This document shows, in pieces, positions 9,608 through 19,528 of a stretch of DNA of 64,000 bases. The DNA comes from Planctomycetota bacterium. GTDB taxonomy: Bacteria > Planctomycetota > JAJSAM01 > JAJVHW01. The first letter of the stretch is position 1. Each line of letters begins with the position of its first letter. The stretch lies in contig CBDFJG010000004.1 in the NCBI GenBank assembly GCA_965248445.1, positions 608,001 to 672,000 on the forward strand, in the 5' to 3' direction. The notes beneath the pieces were generated by a model. It searched no databases and was not told where the DNA came from. It worked only from the letters and a program-made list of their open reading frames with translations. The position numbers and the translations under genes are program-made.

Positions 9608-12600
9608 ATGTCCGGTCGTAAGGTCGTTCCTATTGCGATTCTGGTGGTGTTGCTCCTGGTCGGGGGCCTCGTCGCCATGCTGATGCAGAGCCCGGGTGGC
9701 GTGGGCGACGGTGACGACTCCGACGCCCAGCCCGTCAATGTCACGAAGGACGATGACAAGGCCCGTCGGAAGAAGCAGCCCGCGGTCCCCAAGCGTCGCT
9801 GGCGTGAAGAGGGCTCCGGCCAGGTCATCGGCATCGTCAAGGAGTACGGCTCCGACAAGCCGCTGGCCAACGTCGACGTGTCGCTCGAGGCGGGATTGCC
9901 CGGCCCCGACACGGTCATCCGCACCACCACGAACTCGGACGGCTCGTTCGTCATCGACGATGCGTTGAACTTCGACGAGTGGCTCCTGCGCGTGACGCCC
10001 TCCGCCCCGATGGCGGAACGTCAGATGAACGGCATCGAGGTCATCGCCGACAAGGCGACGAACGTCGGCGTGATCTACGTGACGCCGACGTACGTCGTGC
10101 CCGGCATCGTCGTCGACGAGCAGGGTGACCCGATCCACGGCGCGACCGTGCGCGTCCTGCGACAGCGACCCGCGGGCGCCGGCATGGACTTCCTGCGTCT
10201 GATCCGAGAACTGCCGGCACCGCCTGCCGCCGCGGAGACCGCGCTCACCGACATCGAAGGCAAGTTCGAACTCCTCAAGATCCCGCCGGGCAACTACGAC
10301 ATCGAGGTCTCGGCGGAGCAGTACACGCAGCGCACCGAGCGCGGAATCCCGATCTCTCCGTCGTTGTCCGAGCGACCGCTCCGATTCGTGCTCGTTCGTG
10401 GATTCGAGCTGGAGGGCCGCGTTGTGCGCCCGAGCGGCGGCAACGTCGCGGGCCTGTCCGTGGTCGCGTTCAGCGAGCCGAACAACCAACTGGAGATGTT
10501 CCAGGTCGACCGGCGGTATGCCGTCACCGACGAGAGCGGAGGCTTCCGTCTGACCGGTCTCGCCGCGGGCGAGATGATCGTGGCCGTGACTCCCGAGGGC
10601 GAGCCGTTCACGGTGAAGGACGACGTCACGGTGCCCGGCACCGAGTTCATCGAGCTCGTGATCCAGGGCGATTCGTGGATCACGGGCAAGGTCACGAACG
10701 AGGACGACCAGCCCATCGAAGACGCCGAGATCTTCATCGCGATCTTCGACCAGGGCTCGCCGATCGTCGGCAACACGCGCACCGACGCTTCCGGGCAGTA
10801 CCGCATCGACGGCCTGCGCGCAGGCCCGCTACAGCTCTTCATGGTGCGCGCGGACGGCTATGGCAGCCACCCCGAGGACCCGGTCGCGATCATGCGCGGC
10901 AACGGCGGCGGGGAGAGCCTCAAGCACGGTGAGAACGTGCGCGACATCTCGCTCGGCAAGGGCGCCATCGTGCGTGGAACGGTCATCGACCAGAGCACCG
11001 ATCAACCCATCGAGGGCGCGACAGTGCGACTGGTGTCCGTGAGGTCGTTCTTCGGCGGCGAGCAGAGCGGCATCTCCGGCACGGACGGGACGTTCGAGAT
11101 CGTGAGCGTGCCCAAGGGCCAGGCCATGATGTCGGTCAGCAAGGAAGGCTACTACCAGCCGGGCGTCAACCAGATGTCGATCGGGATGATGTTCCAGGGC
11201 GCGATGGGAGGGCAGTCCGCCCCGGAGGATCCCGGCAAGGGCGCGATGGTCTCGATCACCGAGGCAGGACAGATCATCGAGCGCGAGATCAAGATGGCCG
11301 CGGGGTCCGTCATCAAGGGCGTCGTGCAGACGCCGGACGGCGAGCCCGTGCCCGGTGCACGCATCACACTGGAGGCCGATCAGGGCCAGGGCATGATGCG
11401 GATGCTCTCGTCCGTCATGTCGCAGATGGACCCGCGGCTCAGCCAGGACGGTGGCCGCTTCCAGATCCCTGGTCCGTCCCCGGGCAGCCAGGCGCGTGTC
11501 GTCGCGAAGGCGCAGGGATGGCTCGATGGCCGCACGGATCCGATCAGCCTAGGGCCGGGTGAAGTCATGGAGGACCTGGTTGTCACGCTCCGCCGCGGCG
11601 CCGTCATCGAGGGTGTCGTCAAGGGCGGCGACGGCCGGCCGCTGACCGGCGCCTTCGTGCGCTGGGCGGTGAGTGAGGAGGGTGCGAACGAGTGGATCAA
11701 GCGCCGAGAACTTCGGCAGGCGACGCCGTCCGTGACCGGCGAGGACGGACGCTTCCATCTCGAAAACGTGGAGCCCGGCAAGGTCATCGTGCAGGCGGAC
11801 CACGCCGAGCACACGGCGACGACCGAGGCGAGCATCGAGGTGTCGGAGTCCAAAGCCACCTCGCTCGACTTCAAGCTTGCGGCGGGTGGTGTGTTGACCG
11901 GAACCGCGATGGGACCGGACGGCCGGCCGCACTCGGGCACGCGCATCGACGTGACGTACCGCGGCGAGGGGAACCCGTACCGGTACGCGCGCGCCCCCGA
12001 CGACATCGTGGTCGGTGAGGACGGATCGTTCGAGATCAAGGGACTCGCCCCCGGACCGTATGACCTCATCGCGCAAGGCGAGGGCGTCGCGCCGTCCCCG
12101 ACCGTTCGCGTCGACACCGGGACCGCAACTCCCGTGGCGCTGAAGCTCGAGCCGGCGTTCGTCATCGCAGGAACGGTCCGATTCGAGGAGGGCGGCATCG
12201 CCTCGAGCGTGCAGGTGCAGCTGTTCCGGATCAACGAGGACGCTGAGCAGAGCGTGGGCAACGCTCGCTCCGACACGAACGGCGACTTCACGTTCGAGAA
12301 CCAGCCCGCCGGGACGTACTCCGTCAGGACAGGCGGCTGGAGCTGGGGCGGCGAGACCACGCAGGTCCTGCCGACCCGTGTCGATGACGTGCAGGCTGGA
12401 CAGGAGAACGTGATGCTCACGGTGTCGCGCGGTCTCTCGATCGCCGGGACCGTGGTTGCGCCGGGAGGATCGGTACCCGAGATGGGGTGGGTGTCGGTCA
12501 ATCGCATCCGTCAGGAGGGGGAAGACGCGTCTGCCAACGTCAGCACCGGCGGTCAGATGGTGGAGGGGCGCTTCGAGATCGGCGGACTCAGCCCCGGCTC

Positions 12601-12955
12601 GTACACCGTCAACATCAACATCGGCTCGCAGAGCCGTTCTGTGCGGGCGGACGCCGGCACCAACGATCTCCGGGTGGAGTTCGATGCCGGAGGCACCGTG
12701 CGGGGCCGCGTGACCCTGCCCGACGGCTCCCCGGCCGTCGGCGCGAACGTCAGTGCGACGGGAGCACGCGTCACGGCTGACTCCGACGGCAACTACGCGC
12801 TGAAGGGTGTCTCAGCGGGCGTGGTGACCGTGCAGGCGGGGCACTGGGTCGACGGCAAGGCGCACCAGGGCCGCGTCGAGAACGTCGAGGTGCGCGACCG
12901 GGACGAGGTCGCGGGGATCGACATCGCGTTGGAGTTGCAACAGACGAACCGCTGA
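9608..12955 (+). CDS. Membrane-anchored protein with about 11 carboxypeptidase-regulatory-like (prealbumin-fold) repeats
   Basis: N-terminal TM, repeated G-x-V...G-x-P-x-x-G-A-x-V...T-D-x-x-G-x-F units. Confidence 0.85.
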   Translation: MSGRKVVPIAILVVLLLVGGLVAMLMQSPGGVGDGDDSDAQPVNVTKDDDKARRKKQPAVPKRRWREEGSGQVIGIVKEYGSDKPLANVDVSLEAGLPGPDTVIRTTTNSDGSFVIDDALNFDEWLLRVTPSAPMAERQMNGIEVIADKATNVGVIYVTPTYVVPGIVVDEQGDPIHGATVRVLRQRPAGAGMDFLRLIRELPAPPAAAETALTDIEGKFELLKIPPGNYDIEVSAEQYTQRTERGIPISPSLSERPLRFVLVRGFELEGRVVRPSGGNVAGLSVVAFSEPNNQLEMFQVDRRYAVTDESGGFRLTGLAAGEMIVAVTPEGEPFTVKDDVTVPGTEFIELVIQGDSWITGKVTNEDDQPIEDAEIFIAIFDQGSPIVGNTRTDASGQYRIDGLRAGPLQLFMVRADGYGSHPEDPVAIMRGNGGGESLKHGENVRDISLGKGAIVRGTVIDQSTDQPIEGATVRLVSVRSFFGGEQSGISGTDGTFEIVSVPKGQAMMSVSKEGYYQPGVNQMSIGMMFQGAMGGQSAPEDPGKGAMVSITEAGQIIEREIKMAAGSVIKGVVQTPDGEPVPGARITLEADQGQGMMRMLSSVMSQMDPRLSQDGGRFQIPGPSPGSQARVVAKAQGWLDGRTDPISLGPGEVMEDLVVTLRRGAVIEGVVKGGDGRPLTGAFVRWAVSEEGANEWIKRRELRQATPSVTGEDGRFHLENVEPGKVIVQADHAEHTATTEASIEVSESKATSLDFKLAAGGVLTGTAMGPDGRPHSGTRIDVTYRGEGNPYRYARAPDDIVVGEDGSFEIKGLAPGPYDLIAQGEGVAPSPTVRVDTGTATPVALKLEPAFVIAGTVRFEEGGIASSVQVQLFRINEDAEQSVGNARSDTNGDFTFENQPAGTYSVRTGGWSWGGETTQVLPTRVDDVQAGQENVMLTVSRGLSIAGTVVAPGGSVPEMGWVSVNRIRQEGEDASANVSTGGQMVEGRFEIGGLSPGSYTVNINIGSQSRSVRADAGTNDLRVEFDAGGTVRGRVTLPDGSPAVGANVSATGARVTADSDGNYALKGVSAGVVTVQAGHWVDGKAHQGRVENVEVRDRDEVAGIDIALELQQTNR

Positions 12956-12995
12956 ATCCGTGTTCGCATTGGGAGCCCGGCTCCCGGGAGCAGCC

Positions 12996-13301
12996 GTGGC
13001 CCGCAAGAAATCCGTCGTCGTCACCTTCCGCGTGGATGCGCACCTGGCCGAGGCCCTCGACCAGCTGCCCGATCGCTCCGCGTTCATCCGCGACGCGATC
13101 CTCGAGCGTCTCCACGACACCTGTCCGGCATGCGGTGGTGAGGGCCGGGTGCACTGCGACTCGGTCCCCTGGCTGCAGGAGTTGTTCGAGAAGGCCGGCG
13201 CCCGGTCTTGCACGTGCTGCGCGACCGTGTTCGTTCCGTCGCAGCCCGCCGCCGAGATCTGCACGCACTGCGACGAGGACGAGGGCGCGCACAAGCACTA
13301 G
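12996..13301 (+). CDS. Ribbon-helix-helix (CopG-like) protein with a Cys-rich C-terminus
   Basis: VVTFRVD...LAEALD...RSAFIRDAI, followed by CPAC, HC, CTCC and CTHC. Confidence 0.7.
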   Translation: MARKKSVVVTFRVDAHLAEALDQLPDRSAFIRDAILERLHDTCPACGGEGRVHCDSVPWLQELFEKAGARSCTCCATVFVPSQPAAEICTHCDEDEGAHKH

Positions 13302-13630
13302 CTGCGTCGCGTCGCGGGGGTCGGGGAGCGATCCTCGCGCCGCTCCTGGCTAGTTTTCTCCCTCCTGCGCGGTCTCCGACCGCTACGGAGGTGCTCCAGT
13401 CACGGCGCTCGCTCCGCAAGCCCCGGTGCCACTCCGCTGCGGCGTTCCGCCTCCGCTGCGCGTTCACTCCTGCCGAGCCGTCCACCGGACGCTTCGGCTG
13501 CCGCTGCGCGGCACCGTCGTTCACCCCTCGCGATTCGCGCAACCAGTGCGGGCTCGCTGTTGGGGCGGGGCGCTGCCCCGCGCGCGCCCGTGCAACTCGG
13601 ATCGCCCGCCCGATGGGGCTCACGACAACC
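13302..13630. repeat. Palindrome-rich intergenic tract (REP/MITE-like or structured RNA)
   Basis: Several hairpins and CTCCGCTGCG twice, between convergent genes. Confidence 0.45.
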
Positions 13631-13633
13631 TTC

Positions 13634-15397
13634 CTACCGCAGCTCCGTTTCCAGCGCCGCTCGGCCGCCCTTCTCCGCCTCGTAGGCCACCCGCACCTTG
13701 CCGCTGCCCTTCACGATGAAGCGCACGGTCACCGTCGAGTCGCCGGAGATCCCGGAAGGCAGCCGCACGGTCGCGGGCCGGCGGGTTTCCGGGTTGCGCA
13801 GGCGCTTGGATCGCGCGTCGAGCACGCCGGACGCGATGACGTTCGCGCCCGACAACGTGACTCGATCCGGCCGCCCGATCTTCTTGTTCGCCGCCATCTG
13901 CGAGCGCGTCGGGATCATGCGGTCGTTCGCGAACGTCGCGTCGACGGCCATCAGTCCGTTCGGCAGCCTCGACGTCGCGATCGTGCCCGGCTTCACGAGC
14001 GGCATCTCGTCCGCGTGGAAGAGCACGAACGCCATGTTGCGGTGCACGCACTCCTGCAGCATGAACGGCGGCGGAACGCGCCCTGTCTCACGCCGCCACC
14101 CGCCGAGTTCGATCGCGCCGAGCTGCGGGTGGTTGAACGGCTTCCAGTCCACGTATCGCGCGCCGAGTTCGACCTCGTCATCGAAACGCAGGCGTTCAAT
14201 CCGTCCCTCGCGGCCGGACTTCGGCGCACGTCCCAGGTACCGGTCGCGCGTGAACAGCTCATTCGAGAACGAGTAGATCCCGAGTGTCTCGTACGCGAAG
14301 TTGATCTCGCCTCCGTACACCTGGTAGAGGTCCTTCCAGATGATCATCGAGCGGTAGAACGGCAGTTGCGCCTCGCCGCGCTCGGCCAGGGCGACCAGTA
14401 CGCGCTCGTCGCCGCCCGGGTATTTGCCTGCGCTCTTGCTGCCCGGTCCGCGCAGGATCATCCCGCCCGTGTTGTGCATGCTCTGGAAGCCTGCGATGTT
14501 CGGGTGCGCCACGACGAAGTCGACGATGGCCCGTGTCTCCGGCAGCGACGCGGGATACGGACCGGCGCCACGCTGCTCCGCGGGGCCGCGCCAGTCGGCG
14601 GGCCAGTCACGATTGGGGTCATAACCGCCGGGACCGTCCTCGTTGAACCGTCCGTCGCCGTCATCGTCGAGGCCCTCGCCGCCGATGATCCTCCAGGTGC
14701 CCTTCTCCCCGGGCTTCACCCGCACCATCAGGCGCGGCTCCTCCGGGTCTTCCTTCCATCCTCCCGACTCGTCGCGCACGCGCATCTGGAGCAGTTCACC
14801 ATCGCCGTCCAGGTCGTTCGGCGGATCCTCGTCGAAGCTGCCGTCGCGGTCGTTGTCGACGGGACGCTTGCCGCCGCGCGAGCTGTGCATGGTGTTCGGC
14901 GCGTCGAACCAGTGGGCGCGCCCGTCGGGGTTCACGCTCGGCAGCACGTAGAGAGTCCGCTCGCGAAGCAACTGTGCGACACGAGGCAGATCCTTGTTTT
15001 CAGTGATCCACCACAGGAGATAGAGGCACGCCTCACCCGCCTGAACTTCGTTGCCGTGGATGTTGCCGTCGCACCAGAACGCCGCCTTCTCCGTGTCGCG
15101 GCCGGTGCTCTTGTCGGTCAGCACCGCAAGCAGGAGGTCGCGTCCTTCGACGGACTTGCCCACGGTTCGCAGTTCGACGAGACCCGGGTGGGCTGCAGCG
15201 ATCTGGCGCATGGCGGCGTGCATCTCGTCGATCGGGTAGTACCGGTCGAACCGCAGCGGCACCTTCGGCTGCCAGCCTCTCGTGCCCGCGACGCGCGGCG
15301 GGGCGTCGATGGTCCAGGGCGGCACGTCGGGGCGGTCTTGCGCGCCGGCCGGAACAGCGAAGGCGACAGCCAGCAGGAGAGCGAGCGTGCGTCTCAC
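13634..15397 (-). CDS. Secreted M14 zinc carboxypeptidase family protein
   Basis: Signal peptide, GKSVEGRDL, IHGNE (HxxE), NPDG, NRDWP, SLPETRA and SMHN motifs. Confidence 0.88.
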   Translation of the reverse strand: MRRTLALLLAVAFAVPAGAQDRPDVPPWTIDAPPRVAGTRGWQPKVPLRFDRYYPIDEMHAAMRQIAAAHPGLVELRTVGKSVEGRDLLLAVLTDKSTGRDTEKAAFWCDGNIHGNEVQAGEACLYLLWWITENKDLPRVAQLLRERTLYVLPSVNPDGRAHWFDAPNTMHSSRGGKRPVDNDRDGSFDEDPPNDLDGDGELLQMRVRDESGGWKEDPEEPRLMVRVKPGEKGTWRIIGGEGLDDDGDGRFNEDGPGGYDPNRDWPADWRGPAEQRGAGPYPASLPETRAIVDFVVAHPNIAGFQSMHNTGGMILRGPGSKSAGKYPGGDERVLVALAERGEAQLPFYRSMIIWKDLYQVYGGEINFAYETLGIYSFSNELFTRDRYLGRAPKSGREGRIERLRFDDEVELGARYVDWKPFNHPQLGAIELGGWRRETGRVPPPFMLQECVHRNMAFVLFHADEMPLVKPGTIATSRLPNGLMAVDATFANDRMIPTRSQMAANKKIGRPDRVTLSGANVIASGVLDARSKRLRNPETRRPATVRLPSGISGDSTVTVRFIVKGSGKVRVAYEAEKGGRAALETELR

Positions 15398-17010
15398 GGG
15401 ATTGTCCTCTCGAGGACCACGGTGCCCGTGTCCGGTCCCGTGCACGTGATGCGCACCGTTGCGCCCGTCGGTCCCGACACGACCCACGACAACTCGTTGC
15501 TCGAGCCGCCTCCGGCGATGCGCTCGATTTGCTCGTGCGGATCCCCCGCGAGCAGTGCGCCTCCTGGCGGCACTTCGACGCGGATGTTCAGCGGCCGCCG
15601 CGCGCGCAGTTCCGCGCCACGCTCGGTGTGCGTCGGCAGGCGCCCCGTGTTCGCGAGTCGCGTTCGCACGCGCAGCACCCCCGCCTCGCCGTCCGACTCG
15701 GTGCGTGAGAAGACGACCCGCGGCCGGCCGCGCGCGCACGCGAGGAGGAACTCGCCGGTGCGCACCACCCCGGACTTGGGGAACGACCTGAGCTGCGGCG
15801 CTTTGTCGGCCAGATACGTCCCGGCGGCGACGCCGCCTCCCTGCACGGCGCGCAGTGTCAGCTCCGGCCACTCGGCGTCCTCGTGCGGCCACGCCGGACC
15901 CGGGTCCCCCGCGAGTGAGCGGCCGAGGTAGAGCCGCCCGAACTGGTGCGCGACCGCGGCACCCATGCTCCCCTTGCCCGGAGCGTGCGCCTTGTTGACG
16001 GACTCCTTGTCTTCAGGCTTCCCGTGCAGTTCGCGCAGACCGTCGTACGTCGCCTTGTCCGCGTCGGAGGGCTTGGGCCATGCGTCGCCCGCGCCGGGCG
16101 CGGCGTGAACGGATTCGGCCGAACCGAACTCGTACACCATCGCGATGCGCTGGTCCGCGAGGAGCAGGTCGATCAGCGCGCGGGTCTCCGTCGCCGACGC
16201 CGGCCACATGCCGGCGAGCGGCACATGTTCTTCGAACGAACGGGTGAAGTTGCGCGAGATGTCCACACCGCCGGGGCCGTCCTCGTTCAGGAGGCCGTCT
16301 CCGTCGTCGTCCCGGCCCTCCGGAACCAATCGGTGCGTCGGTGCGATGCCCTCTTCGGGCTTTGCGCGCGCCGCCACGAAGACACCTTCCTGTTCCTCGT
16401 GCGGGCTCACGCGCACGTCACCGCCCGGATCCGGCACGAGCATCCACGAGACCTTCCCGTCGCCGTCGATGTCGTCCGGCCCGTCCTCGTCGACTTCTCC
16501 GTCCCCGTCCTCGTCCACAGGCGTGTCGTTGCCGGCGCGCGGGAAGACTGCCGCCCGTGCGGTGGCGTCCGGACTCTGGTCCGGCACGATCCGGACGGCT
16601 GTTCCCGTGGGCAGACCCTCTTCGTGCTGCGCGAGCCACGCCGCGAGGTTCACCGCGATTCGCGACTCGTACGGATCGCGCAGACCGGACGCATGGGCGA
16701 CAACCAGCGCGACCCACTGCACGTCCCCGCCCTGCCGCGACGACACCGTCAGTGCTTCGAGTGCCCGGCCGCCGGCGCTCTTCCCGATCGTCTCGACGCT
16801 GACGTGCCCGTGCTGCGCCGCCAGCTCCACCGCGGTCAGGGGAAAGAGCTCCGCGATCGGCGTGAACTCGATCTCCGGTTCCTCGGCCATCGGATCCTCG
16901 GCCGTCGGATCCTCAGCTGCCGGGGGCTCCCCGTCCTGCGCCTGCGCGAAGAGGCCCAGGCCGAGAACGAGCAGCAGCCCGGAGACCGTGAACAGAGCGG
17001 CGCTGCGCAT
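15394..17010 (-). CDS. Secreted M14 carboxypeptidase-like protein with a degenerate zinc site
   Basis: GKSAGGRAL, SPDA, DISRNF and ETRAL align with M14, but HxxE is missing. 4-bp overlap with the downstream M14 gene. Confidence 0.75.
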   Translation of the reverse strand: MRSAALFTVSGLLLVLGLGLFAQAQDGEPPAAEDPTAEDPMAEEPEIEFTPIAELFPLTAVELAAQHGHVSVETIGKSAGGRALEALTVSSRQGGDVQWVALVVAHASGLRDPYESRIAVNLAAWLAQHEEGLPTGTAVRIVPDQSPDATARAAVFPRAGNDTPVDEDGDGEVDEDGPDDIDGDGKVSWMLVPDPGGDVRVSPHEEQEGVFVAARAKPEEGIAPTHRLVPEGRDDDGDGLLNEDGPGGVDISRNFTRSFEEHVPLAGMWPASATETRALIDLLLADQRIAMVYEFGSAESVHAAPGAGDAWPKPSDADKATYDGLRELHGKPEDKESVNKAHAPGKGSMGAAVAHQFGRLYLGRSLAGDPGPAWPHEDAEWPELTLRAVQGGGVAAGTYLADKAPQLRSFPKSGVVRTGEFLLACARGRPRVVFSRTESDGEAGVLRVRTRLANTGRLPTHTERGAELRARRPLNIRVEVPPGGALLAGDPHEQIERIAGGGSSNELSWVVSGPTGATVRITCTGPDTGTVVLERTIP

Positions 17011-17038
17011 CCCGGGGAGGATACGCCCGGGACGAGCG

Positions 17039-18103
17039 CTACTCCACGCTCAGGAGTTCGAGATCGAAAACGAGGTCCGTCTTCTCCGGGATCTGGCTCG
17101 ACATCCGCTCGGCGCCCCGCGCGAGCTGGTGCGGGATCGTCACGGTGACGCGGTCGCCGGCCTGCATCTGGATGACGGTCAGGTCGAGGCCGGGAATCAT
17201 CTGCCCCACGCCGACGATGTAGCGCATGGGCTTGAGAGCCTCTCGCGTGTCCACGACCTTCGTGCCGTCCGGGAGCGTGCCGACGTAGTGCAGCGTGACC
17301 CGCTGACCGCGCTCGGGCTTCGCGCCCTTACCGTGCTTCTGCCAGACGATCTTCGGTTCGATGACGGCCAGCACCTCGATGTCGAACACGAGATCTGCGT
17401 TCGGGGGGATCTTTGGCGGGGATCCGCGCTTGCCGAGCGCCAACGCAGCCGGGACCTTGATTTTCACGCGGTCGCCGACGCGCAGCTTCTTGAGGACCAT
17501 GTCCAGCCCGCTGATTCCGCTCCGTGCTCCGGCCTGCAGCATGACCGGCCCGGCATCCTCCGCGCGCGAGTCGCGCCACACCTCGCCGGTTCCGAGCGAC
17601 GCGGTCACGTGTGCCTCGACGAGGTCTCCGCGTTCGAGCGCCTCGCCGTGACCGTGAGCGAGGTACTCGACGTCCGGCTCCAGGATGTCGAGGAGTTCCA
17701 TGTCGAAGACGAGGTCCGCCTTCGGGGGGATGGCCGGGCCGCGCCCGTCTGCGCCGTACGCGAGCTTCCACGGGATCGTCACCTTCCAGCGGTCGCCCTT
17801 GCGCATCTGTGCGAGCGCCAGATCCCAGCCCTTGATGACCATCCCGGCGCCGACCTCGACGACGAACGGCTCGTCCCGGTCGCGGGAACTGTCGAACTTC
17901 TTCCCGTCGAGAAAGGTGCCCGTGTAGTGGACGAGCGCGACGCGGCCGTTGCCGCAGACCTCGCCCTCCCCGGTGGCCAGCACTTCCTTCTGGATCGTCG
18001 GCTCGGGGACGGCGTCCTGTGCGGAGGCCGGCCCGGAGAGCAGCGAAACGGCGACGAGCGACAGGGCGGCAGCGGCCAGCGCCGCGAGGACGGGGATGCG
18101 CAT
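17039..18103 (-). CDS. Secreted FKBP-type peptidyl-prolyl isomerase with three FKBP domains
   Basis: Signal peptide, VHYTGTFLDGKKFDSS, VIKGWD, and three IPxxxDLVFDxE[LV]L domain ends. Confidence 0.9.
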   Translation of the reverse strand: MRIPVLAALAAAALSLVAVSLLSGPASAQDAVPEPTIQKEVLATGEGEVCGNGRVALVHYTGTFLDGKKFDSSRDRDEPFVVEVGAGMVIKGWDLALAQMRKGDRWKVTIPWKLAYGADGRGPAIPPKADLVFDMELLDILEPDVEYLAHGHGEALERGDLVEAHVTASLGTGEVWRDSRAEDAGPVMLQAGARSGISGLDMVLKKLRVGDRVKIKVPAALALGKRGSPPKIPPNADLVFDIEVLAVIEPKIVWQKHGKGAKPERGQRVTLHYVGTLPDGTKVVDTREALKPMRYIVGVGQMIPGLDLTVIQMQAGDRVTVTIPHQLARGAERMSSQIPEKTDLVFDLELLSVE

Positions 18104-18178
18104 GTGAACTCCTCGAATGTGCCCGCGCTGCGGGACCACGAGCCTAGCGGTCCCTGCTCAGATCGTCCGGCGGGGCCT

Positions 18179-19528
18179 CTATCTGAGATCGACGCGGACG
18201 AGCTTGACCTTCGATCCTCTTTGGACGCGCAGGAGCATGGTCCCGTCCCGTCTGGCTGAATCCGCGGCGTCCTCGAGCGCGGTCACCGGGTCGTTTCCGG
18301 GCAGCCAGGCGCTCTCGCCCACGCCGAGGACCATGTCGCCCGGCCGCAGCCCGGCGCGCTCCGCGCCGCCGTCGTCGATGACGGTCTGCAGCACGACGAC
18401 ACCCGCATCCCCTGGGACCTGCACGCGCGTGGGCAGGGCGTCGCGCGGCACCATCGCGAGCATCGCCTCGAGCGCACCGATCGACGCGTTCGGGCCCATC
18501 TCCGTGAAGGTCGGGCGCTTGGCGAGATTGGCCAGCTCCCAGATCACCCTGTAAGCGTGCCGCGCCACCGCGGCGACCTTCTCCGCGTCGACCCGCGCCG
18601 CGGTGTCTCCGACCGTGTGGTAGTCGCGATGCAGTCCGCTCGTGTAGTAGAGCGCGGGGATCCCGTTGTCGTAGAAGCTCGCCTGGTCGCTGCGCTTGTA
18701 GACGGAGCCCGTCTTGGCGCGGAACCGGATGCCCGACGAGTGCGCCACGCGGCGGTGCACTGCGTCCAGCTCCGGCGAGGACCCGTTGCCGTACACGTGC
18801 ATCTCGTTGCGATCGTTGCGCCCGACCATGTCCATGTTCACGTTGCAGACGAGATTCGCCAACGGGACGGTCGGATTCGAGACCCAGTGCTTGCTGCCCA
18901 GGAGACCGCGCTCTTCACCGCTGAAGAACACGAACAGGATCGAGCGCTTGGGCCGCGGAGCTGCCTCCGCTGCGAACGCGCGGGCGATGAGCAGGAGCGC
19001 CGCGACGCCGCTCGCGTTGTCGTCTCCGCCGTTGAAGTGCCGTTCACCGTCCAGCGTGCCGACGTGGTCGTAGTGCGCCGAGACGACGAGGCACTCCAAC
19101 TGGAGGGCGGGGTCGCTGCCAGGCAACAGCGCGCACACGTTGAACGTCGCCCGCGTGCCGCCCGTCGGGTTCGCGCTCTCACGCTGCGCGGGGAACGGGA
19201 GCAGGCGCACGCCGAACGTCTGCCTGTAGGTCTCGCGGTCGCCCTCGCTCCCGCCGGCGCCGGTCAGCTTCCAGGCGGCGAGGTGCTTCTCGATGTACTC
19301 GCCCGCTACGTCGCAGCCCCACGTCCCGGATGCGCGGCCCGCACAGTTCGGCCCGGCGAGGTAGTCCACGAACTTCCGCGCGACCGCGCCGTCGAACGAG
19401 CGCATCACGTAGTCCGGCGGCGGGCTCGCCGCGGCCTTGTTCGCGGCCGGGAGCGGGGCCTCCTCCGTCGCCAGTGCCACCGCCGCCAGCGCGGCCAGAA
19501 GTGCGGCAGATGGCGCGATGCGCTTCAC
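18179..19528 (-). CDS. M28 family aminopeptidase with a C-terminal PDZ domain
   Basis: SAHYDHVG, GGDDNASG, GEERGLLGS, NMDMVG, RSDQ and YHTVGD motifs, AERAGLRPGD PDZ segment. Confidence 0.88.
   Translation of the reverse strand: MKRIAPSAALLAALAAVALATEEAPLPAANKAAASPPPDYVMRSFDGAVARKFVDYLAGPNCAGRASGTWGCDVAGEYIEKHLAAWKLTGAGGSEGDRETYRQTFGVRLLPFPAQRESANPTGGTRATFNVCALLPGSDPALQLECLVVSAHYDHVGTLDGERHFNGGDDNASGVAALLLIARAFAAEAAPRPKRSILFVFFSGEERGLLGSKHWVSNPTVPLANLVCNVNMDMVGRNDRNEMHVYGNGSSPELDAVHRRVAHSSGIRFRAKTGSVYKRSDQASFYDNGIPALYYTSGLHRDYHTVGDTAARVDAEKVAAVARHAYRVIWELANLAKRPTFTEMGPNASIGALEAMLAMVPRDALPTRVQVPGDAGVVVLQTVIDDGGAERAGLRPGDMVLGVGESAWLPGNDPVTALEDAADSARRDGTMLLRVQRGSKVKLVRVDLR

Noticed and set aside
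13208..15931. 907-aa plus-strand ORF and similar long shadow ORFs (16145..18259, 47153..49585, 51384..53918, 56369..59755)
   Set aside because: Arg/Ala/Pro-rich, no motifs, and antisense to well-supported genes. Expected in high-GC DNA.
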